A stretch of 64,000 nucleotides of DNA from contig DUVN01000014.1 of NCBI GenBank assembly GCA_012841015.1, forward strand, positions 65,663 to 129,662, in the 5' to 3' direction. The notes below the pieces were generated by a model that had not been told where the DNA came from, did not search any database, and saw only the letters and a program-made list of their open reading frames with translations. Positions 40,652-51,049 of the stretch are shown here, piece by piece (position 1 is the stretch's first letter; each line of letters starts with the position of its first letter). The translations under genes were made by a program, and so were the position numbers. Source of the stretch: Clostridiaceae bacterium (lineage in GTDB: Bacteria; Bacillota; Clostridia; Saccharofermentanales; DTU023).

Positions 40652-42010
40652 GTGGTGGATTATAATTTTGATATTGGGATGAGTGATGATCTCTACGCAA
40701 CGATACGTGTTGTCGGAGTCGGTGGTGGCGGATGTAATGCTGTCAATAGAATGGTTGATGGTGGCGTTCAGGGAATAGAGTTTATTGCTGTCAATACGGA
40801 TCATCAAGCTTTACTGCGTTCAAAGGCGAGCGAAGCGATTCAGATTGGTGAGAAGGTTACACGAGGGCTCGGTGCTGGTGCCGTTCCTGAGATTGGTCAA
40901 AAGGCAGCTGAAGAGAATATCGAAGAGATTTCTAAGGCGATTGAAGGTTCCGACATGTTGTTTATCACGGCAGGTATGGGGGGCGGCACGGGAACTGGTG
41001 CAGCACCTGTCGTTGCTCAGGTCGCGGAGAAGCTCGGCATTCTGACGGTTGGCGTCGTGACAATGCCGTTTAGGTTTGAAGGTTCGAGAAGACGCCAGAA
41101 CGCCGAAAAGGGTATCCGTGAACTCCAGCAGCATGTTGATTCGCTCATCGTCGTGCCAAATGATAAGCTTTTGGAGATTGCTAGTGACGATACAACGATT
41201 GATGAAGCATTTGGACTGGCCGACCGTGTTCTACAATATGGCGTATCGAGTATCTCCGACCTTGTTGCTGTGCCCGGATTGATTAACCTCGACTTGGCAG
41301 ACGTCAGACGTGTTATGACAGATGCTGGTGTGTGTCACATGGGGATCGGGCGTGGTAGCGGTGAGAGCCGCGCGGCGACAGCTGTTAAACAGGCGATGTC
41401 TAGCCCGCTGCTCGAGACGACCATTGAGGGGGCGCACAGCATCATCATTAACTTTACCGGCGGACACGATATGAAGATTAAGGAGATCAACGAAGCTGCT
41501 TCGCAGGTGCGCGAAGCTGTCTCGCCCGATGCTGATATTATCTTCGGTGCCGTTATGGATGAAAATATGCAAGATGATCTCATCATCACCATTATTGCGA
41601 GCCGCTTCGAGCCAGATGGTATTCAGGGAAGGCCGTCGAAGCTAGGACAAGCACAAACGCCCTTATCGTCCTTTAATGTGCCTTCACGTGGACAACAGGA
41701 AACATCGAGGTCTACGATTGATGATCTTCCTTACTTCCTCCGTCCGCAGCGTGGGAATGAGCCGTCCACGAGAAGTCGCGACAATGTACAGGCGACAGGT
41801 TTTAGTCGAAGCAGTGCAAGACAAACAGATCAGGAGATGGCAGATCTGATCCATAGGGCGACGGATAATGCGGCAAGACAAGAGGCAAAAGCGCCTCGCG
41901 TGTTAGATGAGGCTCCGGTCGATTCACGCCAAGTGAAATCTCGTCACAGTCGCCAAGAGGGGCGTACGCTCCCGTGGTTCTTGCAGGATGATGACGACGA
42001 TCGCTCTTAA
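40652..42010 (+). CDS. ftsZ: Cell division protein FtsZ
   Basis: [17 protein letters not shown] and [13 protein letters not shown] tubulin signatures. A long disordered linker ends in an LPWFL C-terminal peptide. GTG start after GGAAGGAG. Confidence 0.95.
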   Translation: MVDYNFDIGMSDDLYATIRVVGVGGGGCNAVNRMVDGGVQGIEFIAVNTDHQALLRSKASEAIQIGEKVTRGLGAGAVPEIGQKAAEENIEEISKAIEGSDMLFITAGMGGGTGTGAAPVVAQVAEKLGILTVGVVTMPFRFEGSRRRQNAEKGIRELQQHVDSLIVVPNDKLLEIASDDTTIDEAFGLADRVLQYGVSSISDLVAVPGLINLDLADVRRVMTDAGVCHMGIGRGSGESRAATAVKQAMSSPLLETTIEGAHSIIINFTGGHDMKIKEINEAASQVREAVSPDADIIFGAVMDENMQDDLIITIIASRFEPDGIQGRPSKLGQAQTPLSSFNVPSRGQQETSRSTIDDLPYFLRPQRGNEPSTRSRDNVQATGFSRSSARQTDQEMADLIHRATDNAARQEAKAPRVLDEAPVDSRQVKSRHSRQEGRTLPWFLQDDDDDRS

Positions 42011-42081
42011 TCCGGTGAGGCGGCAGTCTCCGCAGAATCATGCGGCGCTTCACCGCAGCGACCGCTGTATAGATTAACCAC

Positions 42082-42112
42082 ATGGCCGGATCGTCGATCC
42101 GGTCATGTTTTT
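42082..42112 (+). terminator. Rho-independent terminator after ftsZ
   Basis: ATGGCCGGATCG / CGATCCGGTCAT stem (one G-U pair) followed by GTTTTT. Confidence 0.7.
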
Positions 42113-42126
42113 CAAAGGAGGCATTC

Positions 42127-42609
42127 ATGAAGTGTCCAGCTTGCGAAGCCAATGATGACAAAGTGATCGATTCACGTCCGGCAGAAGACGGAAGTTCAAT
42201 ACGTCGTAGACGTGAGTGTCTGGTCTGTGGCTCTCGTTTCACAACTTACGAGCGTGTGGAAGAAATGCCTCTTATGGTGATCAAAAAAGATGGGAGCAGA
42301 CAACCATTCGACAGACAGAAACTGATCATCGGTATCATGAAAAGTTGTGAGAAGCGTCCGATTACAACGGAACAGATAGAGCATTTAATTGACAACATCG
42401 AACGCACCGCGAAAAACGCGTTCAGGCGCGAAATATCGACAGCTGAAATTGGTGAGCAAGTACTAAAACAGCTGCGAAAAATCGACGAAGTTGCCTATGT
42501 TCGGTTCGCTTCTGTCTATCGCGCTTTCAGTGACATTAATTCTTTCGTATCAGAGATAAGCACTTTGACAATAGGCGAAGAGCGAGATGAACACATGAGT
42601 ACCTCTTAG
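42127..42609 (+). CDS. nrdR: Transcriptional repressor NrdR
   Basis: MKCPACEANDDKVIDSRP...RRRRECLVCGSRFTTYE zinc ribbon plus an ATP-cone. ATG 42127 follows AAAGGAGG. Confidence 0.93.
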   Translation: MKCPACEANDDKVIDSRPAEDGSSIRRRRECLVCGSRFTTYERVEEMPLMVIKKDGSRQPFDRQKLIIGIMKSCEKRPITTEQIEHLIDNIERTAKNAFRREISTAEIGEQVLKQLRKIDEVAYVRFASVYRAFSDINSFVSEISTLTIGEERDEHMSTS

Positions 42610-42666
42610 GTTTCGGACGATTAATGCTGCACCGGCTTTGATGGTTGAATGAGGAGTGACGGAGAG

Positions 42667-43398
42667 ATGGATGAGACGAAACGTGTCTTAATTGTAGACG
42701 ATGATAAACATATTATTGAGCTTCTTAGGCTATATTTTGAGAAAGATGGATTTGAGGTTACGGCGGGATATACAGGCGATACTGTCATACCTCTTGTTCG
42801 CGCTATCAATCCCGATGTCCTGATTCTTGATCTGATGCTTCCCGGAATGAGCGGTTTTGACGTTATGCGAGAGTTGCGGCGAGAATCAGACGTTCCTGTA
42901 CTCATGCTGACGGCGCGAAGCGATACACTCGATAAAATTGTCGGTCTCGAGCTCGGCGCCGATGACTACATTCTCAAACCTTTTGAACCGAAAGAATTAT
43001 TGGCACGTGTTAAGGCTGTCTTACGCCGCATTACGCGTAGTGCGCCGGTTGCTGTGAACGACCAGGATAACACGAAAGATAATGTCGTATCGTACCCTGA
43101 ACTTGTCGTTGATCGCATTCGCTATACAGTCCGGATCGGTGATCAGGAGATCGATATGCCGCCTAAAGAGCTGGAATTGCTCTTTTTCCTAGCGACGCAC
43201 CCAAACCGTGTTTTTACGAGAGACCAGATACTTGAAAATATATGGGGAATGGACTATTACGGTGAGCAGCGCACGGTTGATGTTCATATTAAGCGTATCC
43301 GTGAAAAGCTCGATGTGATCGATCACCCGCTGTGGCAGATTAAAACAGTATGGAGTGTAGGCTATAAATTTGAGGTAAAGGACGACGAACGATCGTGA
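42667..43398 (+). CDS. OmpR/PhoB family response regulator
   Basis: Receiver domain (VLIVDDD...ILDLMLPGMSG) and a winged-helix output domain (ELELLFFLATHPNRVFTRDQIL). Confidence 0.9.
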   Translation: MDETKRVLIVDDDKHIIELLRLYFEKDGFEVTAGYTGDTVIPLVRAINPDVLILDLMLPGMSGFDVMRELRRESDVPVLMLTARSDTLDKIVGLELGADDYILKPFEPKELLARVKAVLRRITRSAPVAVNDQDNTKDNVVSYPELVVDRIRYTVRIGDQEIDMPPKELELLFFLATHPNRVFTRDQILENIWGMDYYGEQRTVDVHIKRIREKLDVIDHPLWQIKTVWSVGYKFEVKDDERS

Positions 43399-44933
43399 AA
43401 CGGCGTGGCATCTCCATCTATGCTCGCACACTGTTGACGACTTCAGCTGCGATTCTTGCCGTTTTTCTCGTGCTTGCGATTGTTTATGGAACGGTCTACA
43501 AAGTCTCGACATCGAAACAACGCCAAGAAGAGTTGACGCGCTATGCTCAGGAGCTTGCACTGCTTACAGAACGGCGCATGGATGTCTCTCTTACTACGTT
43601 TACCGGTTCCGACATTACTGGCTATATCTCCTTTGCGACGCGTTCGACAGGCGCGTACATATGGGTTGTCAATTCAGAGAAGGAGATCATCTACAATACA
43701 GGAATTCCCTCTGACACGATCGTAAAGCTTGAGAGAGGTGAGGACGACGCGGGAGGTGATTTCATATTGCCAGAAGTCGCGAGAAATGAAGGACACGTTG
43801 CGTACTGTGAGCGAGGAAGTCAGACAGGTTTTTACGATTTGCTTTCGGATCCAGCATCATGGTTCGTCGCCAGCGCTCCTATCGGGACGCGAGGCGATCT
43901 TTATACCGGCGAGGTGCTTCTATTCAGACGACATGTACCCGACTCTTTTATCACTTGGCTCGTCGATCATAATGTCCATATTTCATTTGCTGTTGCGTAC
44001 GTTGTCTCTCTAGCTATTATCATATGGCTTTCACGCAACATTACAACACCGATTTCTGCTCTCGCTAAGACAGCAAATTCAGTCTATCGCGGCGACTTGA
44101 CAGCGCGTGTTCAGCTTGGAAAGGAGCGAAAGACGCTAACACTTCCCGATCATGCTGATGAAGAGAGTGCAGAATCACTCATGCGAGAGGACGACCTGAC
44201 AAGGCTCGTTAGGACATTCAACATGCTGATTGCCAAATTTGAGATGCGTGAAAGTGAACACTTGGAGTTTCTCGGGAATGTTTCGCATGATTTGAGAACA
44301 CCTGTGACGTCTATTTCCGGCTTCATTGAAGGTATGCGCGATGGGACGATTCCTAAAGATAAGTTCGAGTACTACCTCGACATTATCAAAGCGGAAGCAG
44401 ATCGCCTTGAGGACTTGATCAACACTTTGTTCGAACAGACTGAGAGAATGGACTCTCAGGAACTGAAACTGACTGTTTTTAATCTCAATGAATGGATTCG
44501 CCGTGTAAAAGTCTCCTTCGAGCCAATGCTCCGCGAAAAAAAGATTCACTTGCTGCTTAATTTCGATACGGGAGTTAAGGGCGATTTGAGGGCAATAGGA
44601 GATGTAGGGCAGCTGACACGAGTTCTCAATAATATCGTGTCAAACGCGATTCGCTTTGCGCCTCGCGGGGGCCTTGTGACGATTAGTACGAGAGCAAAAG
44701 AGCGTTCCGTCTGCGTTATCGTCGAGGATAACGGCCCCGGTATTAGTACGGAAGATATTCCCTATGTCTTTGATCGCTTTTATAAAGCCGACAAATCGCG
44801 TGGCCAGGAGGGGTCGGGATTAGGATTATATATCGCTCGGGCACTTGTGAATCGTCATGGACAAAGTATTGAGGCGGGTATTTCCACGGAACTTGGCGGT
44901 GCTAGGATTTCTTTTACTTTGGCTCGTCCATGA
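43395..44933 (+). CDS. Sensor histidine kinase (two TM, HAMP, HisKA, HATPase_c)
   Basis: H-box FLGNVSHDLRTPVTSI, N-box NNIVSNAIRF and G-boxes DNGPGI / GSGLGL. It overlaps the regulator stop. Confidence 0.9.
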   Translation: MKRRGISIYARTLLTTSAAILAVFLVLAIVYGTVYKVSTSKQRQEELTRYAQELALLTERRMDVSLTTFTGSDITGYISFATRSTGAYIWVVNSEKEIIYNTGIPSDTIVKLERGEDDAGGDFILPEVARNEGHVAYCERGSQTGFYDLLSDPASWFVASAPIGTRGDLYTGEVLLFRRHVPDSFITWLVDHNVHISFAVAYVVSLAIIIWLSRNITTPISALAKTANSVYRGDLTARVQLGKERKTLTLPDHADEESAESLMREDDLTRLVRTFNMLIAKFEMRESEHLEFLGNVSHDLRTPVTSISGFIEGMRDGTIPKDKFEYYLDIIKAEADRLEDLINTLFEQTERMDSQELKLTVFNLNEWIRRVKVSFEPMLREKKIHLLLNFDTGVKGDLRAIGDVGQLTRVLNNIVSNAIRFAPRGGLVTISTRAKERSVCVIVEDNGPGISTEDIPYVFDRFYKADKSRGQEGSGLGLYIARALVNRHGQSIEAGISTELGGARISFTLARP

Positions 44934-45038
44934 GGGCTGTTCACATATTTGTCAAAATCAGACATTACAATGGTAAACAACGGTAGAGGACTCTCTATTT
45001 TCTGAACTTAGATGATGTCAAATGAGGGAGGTGAACGC

Positions 45039-46415
45039 ATGAGCGTGCGAGAACGATACAGTACGATCCTCTTAGCGTTGTTTTTGATGATTTCGATGGC
45101 GATATCGCTTTCTTGTGATGAATCTACGCCGGCTGCAGAAGAGACTTCGACGACGGTCTCAGAGACGACGATAAGCACAACAAGTTCATCGAGTACAGCA
45201 AGCGCAACGAGCATTTCGAGCACAACGTCGAGCACGTCGAGCACGTCGAGTACAGCAAGTACATCGAGCGTGTCTACAGCAGATCCGCTGCTATCTGTCG
45301 TGCCGACTCCTTCGACAAGTATCTCGGACGTTTTAAGTATGACGACAACGGCTCATGACGATCATGCACCAAGTAAAGTGACGTCCGACCCACCGAACGA
45401 GGAAACGACCAACACGCCGGGTCATTACGTGACATCAGCTTTTCCTGTCGCTGAAATCTATGAGAATGTCTCGCCCGCCGTTGTTTCTGTGCGCGTCTCA
45501 ATTCCTGCCACGTCGCTGTATAGAAAGCGAGATGAGATCTTCTCAGGACTGATCATCGACGAATCGGGGCTCGTCATTACGACGTATAGTCTCATGGAGC
45601 GTGCGCTCGATTACCGCGGAAGGCTCTTGAAGAATGCGAGCATTAGTATTCTTGTGAAAGGTATACCGAAAGCATTCACGGCGACATTAGTCGGCCATCA
45701 GTCCTCGACCGATTTAGCTCTCCTCAAAATCGGAAATCCTGATAAGCTCATCTTTCATGCTATTCCTCTTGCCAAAGATGTTGACCTATACGTCGGGACA
45801 CAAGTCGCGAGCATCGGTTACCCGCCGATGATGGTGTCGGCAGGAGGGCTTACGATGGGTTACGTGACATCGTTTTATCGCAGGACATACGAAGAGGATG
45901 GAGCGCCGCTCGGACTGATTGAAACGAGCATCTCGACCTTACCAATTTACGCCGGCTCTCCGCTCGTCAATGCTAAAGGAGAAGTTGTCGCTATCGTGAG
46001 TGGCTATCTGAAGCGTGTCTACGTACAAAACCAAGGTTACGCTGTGCCGTCAACGATTGTTGCCGATGTTGTCAATCGAATACAAGAAAAGGAGAATGGA
46101 GGGCCAACGAGAAAAGCAGCTCTCGGTATCACAGTCCTAAGCGACGAAGATACGCTAGAGATAAGAGAAACGTACGGCTATCCTAATGGTTTATACATCT
46201 CAACTGTTAAACCTGAGAGTGCGGCGTACACAGCTGGACTTAACCAAGGAGACATCTTGCAAACGCTTAATGGCGTGTCGATGGAGCTTACGCAAGATCT
46301 CATCTTCTTTCTTGATGAGCAGGCAATCGGTACGCTCGTAGAGATTGTCGTTTATAGACCGTCAGAGGATAAAACTTTAACACTGACAACATATCTCTTG
46401 GAGGTTCGGCCATGA
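45039..46415 (+). CDS. Exported HtrA/DegP-like S1C serine protease with PDZ domain
   Basis: Signal peptide or membrane anchor, Ser/Thr-rich linker, trypsin-like core (TDLALLKI, YAGSPLVNAKGEVVAIVSG) and a C-terminal PDZ (GLNQGDILQTLNG). Confidence 0.85.
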   Translation: MSVRERYSTILLALFLMISMAISLSCDESTPAAEETSTTVSETTISTTSSSSTASATSISSTTSSTSSTSSTASTSSVSTADPLLSVVPTPSTSISDVLSMTTTAHDDHAPSKVTSDPPNEETTNTPGHYVTSAFPVAEIYENVSPAVVSVRVSIPATSLYRKRDEIFSGLIIDESGLVITTYSLMERALDYRGRLLKNASISILVKGIPKAFTATLVGHQSSTDLALLKIGNPDKLIFHAIPLAKDVDLYVGTQVASIGYPPMMVSAGGLTMGYVTSFYRRTYEEDGAPLGLIETSISTLPIYAGSPLVNAKGEVVAIVSGYLKRVYVQNQGYAVPSTIVADVVNRIQEKENGGPTRKAALGITVLSDEDTLEIRETYGYPNGLYISTVKPESAAYTAGLNQGDILQTLNGVSMELTQDLIFFLDEQAIGTLVEIVVYRPSEDKTLTLTTYLLEVRP

Positions 46416-47095
46416 AAAAGAGTTGTGAGAAGGAGCGGGAACGTGCACAAACAATTGTTTTACTTCTCTTAGAGCAATACCCGCAAGCCGCATGCACACT
46501 GACACACGAATCTCCATGGGAACTGCTCGTCGGCGGTATTCTCGCGTCACAATGTACAGATGAGCGCGTGAATAAAGTAACACCTGTTTTGTTTGAACGT
46601 TATCCTGATGTTGAACATCTCGCTTCTGCCAATAGGGACGATGTCGAAGATATCGTGAGGAGTTGTGGGCTATATAAATCAAAGGCGAAGGCGCTCGTGA
46701 ATACGTCTATGATGATTCTTGATCGTTTCAGTGGACAAGTGCCACGGACGAGGGAGGAGTTGATGGAGCTTCCAGGTGTCGGACGGAAGATTGCCAACTT
46801 AATCTTAGGTGACGCATTCGGATTCCAAGAGATTGTTGTTGATACGCACTGTGGTCGAATCAGTCGTCTGCTCGGGTTCACAAAAGCTGAGAGCCCTCTC
46901 AAGATTGAGCAAGACTTACTGGAGGTTGTACCTAAAGATTCGCGTACTCTCTGGGGACATCTGATGGTTGCGCATGGCCGAGCCATTTGCAGGGCGCGTT
47001 GCCGCATGTGTTTTTCCTGTCCTATTCGCTTGCACTGTCATTATGGTGCAGCTTTAGAGCTGTCTTATGATGTTGGGGAGGACGATTGTGTCTGA
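46412..47095 (+). CDS. nth: Endonuclease III
   Basis: HhH-GPD motif (LMELPGVGRKIANLIL) and a C-terminal 4Fe-4S cysteine cluster (CRARCRMCFSCPIRLHC). Confidence 0.92.
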   Translation: MKKSCEKERERAQTIVLLLLEQYPQAACTLTHESPWELLVGGILASQCTDERVNKVTPVLFERYPDVEHLASANRDDVEDIVRSCGLYKSKAKALVNTSMMILDRFSGQVPRTREELMELPGVGRKIANLILGDAFGFQEIVVDTHCGRISRLLGFTKAESPLKIEQDLLEVVPKDSRTLWGHLMVAHGRAICRARCRMCFSCPIRLHCHYGAALELSYDVGEDDCV

Positions 47096-49181
47096 TTCGC
47101 ATGTCTGTGAAGACACATCGGACCATCTTTTCCGACAAAGCATCACGACTTTACCGCGCATTTCAGATAAAAGAAAAAAGATGTTTGCCAAACTTGGCGT
47201 TGAAACAGTAGGCGATCTGATTTGGCTTATGCCGAGGTTGTACAATGATTGGAGTCAGCGTATACCTGTCGGTCACCTCGTAGGAGGTGACGTGGCAGCG
47301 TTTGAGGCTGTCATCGAGAGTGTTCCATCTCTGACGCGACGCGGGAAACTATCTTATATCCGAGCTCGGCTCAGCGATGATACGGGTTCAATTCGTGCTG
47401 TATGGTTTAACCAACCGTGGCTGAGTGATCGGCTGAAGCGCGGCGATCGCTATATTTTTCGCGGCAAGATAGAGGGCAGTGGCAGAGCGTGTTCTGTCAA
47501 CACGCCTGAGATACGTGCTCTCGATGACGAGAGTCCAATGTTTACGCCCGTTTATCCTTTGACAGCTGGTTTAAGTCAGGCGACTGTCAGACAGGCAATT
47601 GAAGCAGCCTTTTCAGATCGCAATCTTGTGATCACGGAAAGTCTTCCTGCAGAGATTCGTTCTGATTACCGTCTCGCGACGGCTGATTTCGCATTACGCA
47701 AAATTCACTTCCCTGAAAGTGAACACGATATTGAGGTCGCTCGCAGACGATTAGCGTTTGAAGAGCTCTTTCTACTGATCGCAGGGTTAAGATATATGAA
47801 AGCGGGGCGACGTGAGGAGTGCGGACCTAACATCGAACTGACGCAACCTGTCCTGAAGCGTTTGAAAAGCCAGATCGACCGATTGCCCTACTCGTTGACC
47901 TCGTCACAAGAAAGTGCGATCGAGTCGATATTAAATGATTTTCGACTGACTTACCCCGCAAACCGATTGATTCAAGGCGATGTTGGATCGGGCAAAACTG
48001 TCGTCGCAGCCATGGCCATGGCCGTCGCAGCCTGGAGCGGTTTTCAATCTGTCATGATGGCACCAACAACGATACTCGCATCACAACATGCAGAGAGCGT
48101 CGCGTCGATACTCGAAGGAAGCGGGTTAAGTATTGCTCTTTTGACAGGAGGTGTGACGGCAGCGCGTAAGCGACTTTTGATAGACGCACTTGCGGAAGGA
48201 GAAATCGATATCCTGATCGGAACGCACGCTGTTATCGAAAAAGACGTTCAATTTGCAAAACTGGGATGTTGTGTGACTGACGAGCAACACCGATTTGGTG
48301 TACGGCAACGCATTAAACTGTCAGGAGATGGCGACATCATTCCGCACATGCTTGTCATGTCGGCTACACCGATACCGCGCACGTTAGCGCTGATACTCTA
48401 CGGTGAACTCGATATCACAGAAATGAAGGACATGCCGTCAGGACGGAAGGACGTAAAGACGTATACAGCAACAAGTAGAGACCGCTCGCGTATCGATCGT
48501 TTGATCGAGCGCGAGACGAATCTCGGGCATCAAGTGTTTGTCGTCTGTCCGATGATTGAGGAATCGCCAGAACTTACCATAAACTCTGCGGAAACTGTTT
48601 TCGATCGTTTGTCAAGGCTCGTTTTTCCTGATAGGCGCGTTGCATTGATGCACGGGAAATTGAAGGTGAAAGAGAAATCAGATGTGATGCGAGAGTTTGA
48701 CCGAGGAGACATCGATATTCTCGTTTCGACGACTGTCATTGAGGTCGGCATCGACCAGCCAAACGCTACACTTCTTATCGTTGAGAACGCCGAACGCTTC
48801 GGGTTGTCTCAGTTGCACCAACTGCGTGGACGCGTCGGGCGCTCACTGATTCAATCATATTGTGTTCTGGTGAGTGACAGTGAAGATCCTCTCGTGCGCC
48901 GTCGCTTGACTGCCCTTTGCAGGAATAGCAGTGGTTTTGCAATCGCTGAGGAAGACTTGTTGCTCCGAGGCCCCGGCGATGTCTTTGGCGTCCAGCAGCA
49001 TGGACTGCCCGATTTTCGTGTTGCGAACTTGTACGAGGACAGTGCTCTGCTGAAAGAGGCTTCAAATGCAGCCGAACAGATTGTTCGAGTCGATCCTCAT
49101 CTGATAAATCACGAAACCCGTGTCATTCTCACGGAGTTCAAAGCACGATATGGTGATCGCTTGGCGCGTCCAGGATTATGA
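47088..49181 (+). CDS. recG: ATP-dependent DNA helicase RecG
   Basis: Wedge domain, helicase motifs (GDVGSGKT, TDEQHRFG, SATPIPRT) and a TRG-like C-terminus. GTG 47088 follows GGGGAGGA; the track ORF starts at 47067. Confidence 0.93.
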   Translation: MSDSHVCEDTSDHLFRQSITTLPRISDKRKKMFAKLGVETVGDLIWLMPRLYNDWSQRIPVGHLVGGDVAAFEAVIESVPSLTRRGKLSYIRARLSDDTGSIRAVWFNQPWLSDRLKRGDRYIFRGKIEGSGRACSVNTPEIRALDDESPMFTPVYPLTAGLSQATVRQAIEAAFSDRNLVITESLPAEIRSDYRLATADFALRKIHFPESEHDIEVARRRLAFEELFLLIAGLRYMKAGRREECGPNIELTQPVLKRLKSQIDRLPYSLTSSQESAIESILNDFRLTYPANRLIQGDVGSGKTVVAAMAMAVAAWSGFQSVMMAPTTILASQHAESVASILEGSGLSIALLTGGVTAARKRLLIDALAEGEIDILIGTHAVIEKDVQFAKLGCCVTDEQHRFGVRQRIKLSGDGDIIPHMLVMSATPIPRTLALILYGELDITEMKDMPSGRKDVKTYTATSRDRSRIDRLIERETNLGHQVFVVCPMIEESPELTINSAETVFDRLSRLVFPDRRVALMHGKLKVKEKSDVMREFDRGDIDILVSTTVIEVGIDQPNATLLIVENAERFGLSQLHQLRGRVGRSLIQSYCVLVSDSEDPLVRRRLTALCRNSSGFAIAEEDLLLRGPGDVFGVQQHGLPDFRVANLYEDSALLKEASNAAEQIVRVDPHLINHETRVILTEFKARYGDRLARPGL

Positions 49182-49190
49182 GGAGGAAGT

Positions 49191-49748
49191 ATGCCCAGAA
49201 TCATTGCCGGTTCTAGAAAAGGTATGAATCTATATGCGCCGCCCTCCAAAACGACGAGAATGACTTCTGGTCGTGCGAAGGAGGCTCTTTTTTCCATGAT
49301 CGGCGATACCATCGAGGGAATGCGTGTTCTTGATGTCTTTGCCGGCTCTGGTCAGATTGCTTTCGAGGCGCTCTCGCGCGGAGCGACACACGCGACACTC
49401 ATTGAGCGTGATCGCGATGCTATAACCGCCATTCAAAAGAACATCATCAAGACGCGTTGGAAAAATCAAGTGTTCTTGATGGCGGGCGATTTTCGCCGTA
49501 ACTTAGCGATTTTAAAGCGACGAGGTGAGCAGTTTGATTTTATATATATCGATCCGCCGTGGAAGGCGGCAGATACGCTTGCCATGCAGTTTCATGATGT
49601 CATCCCTGACCTCTTGTCTGAAGGAGGTTTGCTCGTTATTGAGAGTGAACGAAGGAATCGTATCTTAGATTTTGATGATGTAGGATTAAAAAATGTTAAA
49701 AGTTGTCAGTACGGTATCAGCGTGTTATCCTTTTACCGATCGATTTGA
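49191..49748 (+). CDS. rsmD: 16S rRNA (guanine966-N2)-methyltransferase
   Basis: MPRIIAGSRKG..., DVFAGSGQIAFEALSRGA and IYIDPPW motifs. Confidence 0.9.
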   Translation: MPRIIAGSRKGMNLYAPPSKTTRMTSGRAKEALFSMIGDTIEGMRVLDVFAGSGQIAFEALSRGATHATLIERDRDAITAIQKNIIKTRWKNQVFLMAGDFRRNLAILKRRGEQFDFIYIDPPWKAADTLAMQFHDVIPDLLSEGGLLVIESERRNRILDFDDVGLKNVKSCQYGISVLSFYRSI

Positions 49749-49927
49749 GGCAGTGCTTGATACACCATCATTAGAGCTTGTTAACCCAATATTTGGCAAG
49801 GTCATTCGTGTATCTCAGCTGACTTCTTTCTGAATGATAACCATGTTTTTTGCGTGTTGAAGTGAGGAGAGATTTGCAGAGGCAGTGACCATGCTACAAG
49901 TGAATAAACCATATGAAAGGTCGATCT

Positions 49928-50431
49928 ATGCAACAGAATAAACTACTGGGCTCGTTTGGGTTGGCCGTGTTTCCTGGCACATTTGATCCTTTCACCGCCG
50001 GTCACCTCGACCTCGTGGGGCGTGTGAGGCGCTTTTGTTCGGAATTGCGTATCGTTGTCTTTGACAATAGTGCGAAAATGCCTGTCATGCCCAAAGGGGA
50101 TAGGATGAAATTAATTGGTCGTGCTGTCGCCCACATGAAGAATGTGACGGTTGATCGAGGCGAAGGGCTATTGGCGGACTACTGTATCGAACACGGTGTC
50201 GATGTCATCGTTCGAGGTGTTCGCGACAGCTTTCAATTTGAAGAAGAAAGCGTGATGGCTAAGGTAAACAAGCGTTTAAGTCATGGTGTCGAGACGATTC
50301 TCTTGCCGGCAGGTGAGCTACAGCATGTGTCGTCAACACTCGTAAGAGAGATTGCGCGGCATGGTGGAGAACTCGAGGGTTTAGTGCCGGATGTGATCAA
50401 GGATGATATTGAGAAGGTTTACGGTTTCTAA
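49928..50431 (+). CDS. coaD: Phosphopantetheine adenylyltransferase
   Basis: AVFPGTFDPFTAGHLDLV motif and ISSTLVREI-type C-terminal motif (VSSTLVREI). Confidence 0.93.
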   Translation: MQQNKLLGSFGLAVFPGTFDPFTAGHLDLVGRVRRFCSELRIVVFDNSAKMPVMPKGDRMKLIGRAVAHMKNVTVDRGEGLLADYCIEHGVDVIVRGVRDSFQFEEESVMAKVNKRLSHGVETILLPAGELQHVSSTLVREIARHGGELEGLVPDVIKDDIEKVYGF

Positions 50432-50526
50432 TACTTTGTACAATGAGATACAATAGATGAATATAAGGCAAATGCAAGCATGTCGCACAGCATTTAGAGA
50501 TATTCACTTACCGGGAGGTAACTATT

Positions 50527-51045
50527 ATGAATGAATTTGAAGATAGCCGCGATTACGATTCGGGCGTACCTGCGCAACGGGGGGCGAAAAGAGCTGCGCG
50601 TGATGATCGCAGTGTGGCAACATTACTTGATCGTATGGAAGCGGAATTACTTGATGCGAAGAGTGTTCCTTTTTCGGACAAGTGCATGGTAGAAAGAGAA
50701 GAGATGCTCTTCCTCGTGCGTATGATGCGTGAAGGTCTACCAGAGGAGTTGGAGCGCGCCCGCTGGGTTCTGCAACAGAATCGCCAGCTTATCAATCAGG
50801 CGAGACGTGAGGCTGATACGATCATGCGCGATGCGGAAGTACAGATGGCGCGTATGATCGACGAGCACGAAGTGACGCAGCAGGCGATTAATAATGCCTC
50901 CTTGATGATCGAAAAGGCAAACAGGCAGAGCAACGAAATTCGTAATGGTGCTATCTCTTACACGCGTGAGATGCTGACTAACCTCGAGAATCACCTCACG
51001 GATATTTTGGTCAACATTACGAGAAACAAAAAGGAGCTCGAGTGA
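50527..51045 (+). CDS. Hypothetical coiled-coil protein
   Basis: 172 aa, charged and helical, with no recognisable catalytic motif. RBS GGGAGG is upstream. Confidence 0.5.
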   Translation: MNEFEDSRDYDSGVPAQRGAKRAARDDRSVATLLDRMEAELLDAKSVPFSDKCMVEREEMLFLVRMMREGLPEELERARWVLQQNRQLINQARREADTIMRDAEVQMARMIDEHEVTQQAINNASLMIEKANRQSNEIRNGAISYTREMLTNLENHLTDILVNITRNKKELE

Positions 51046-51049
51046 TCAT

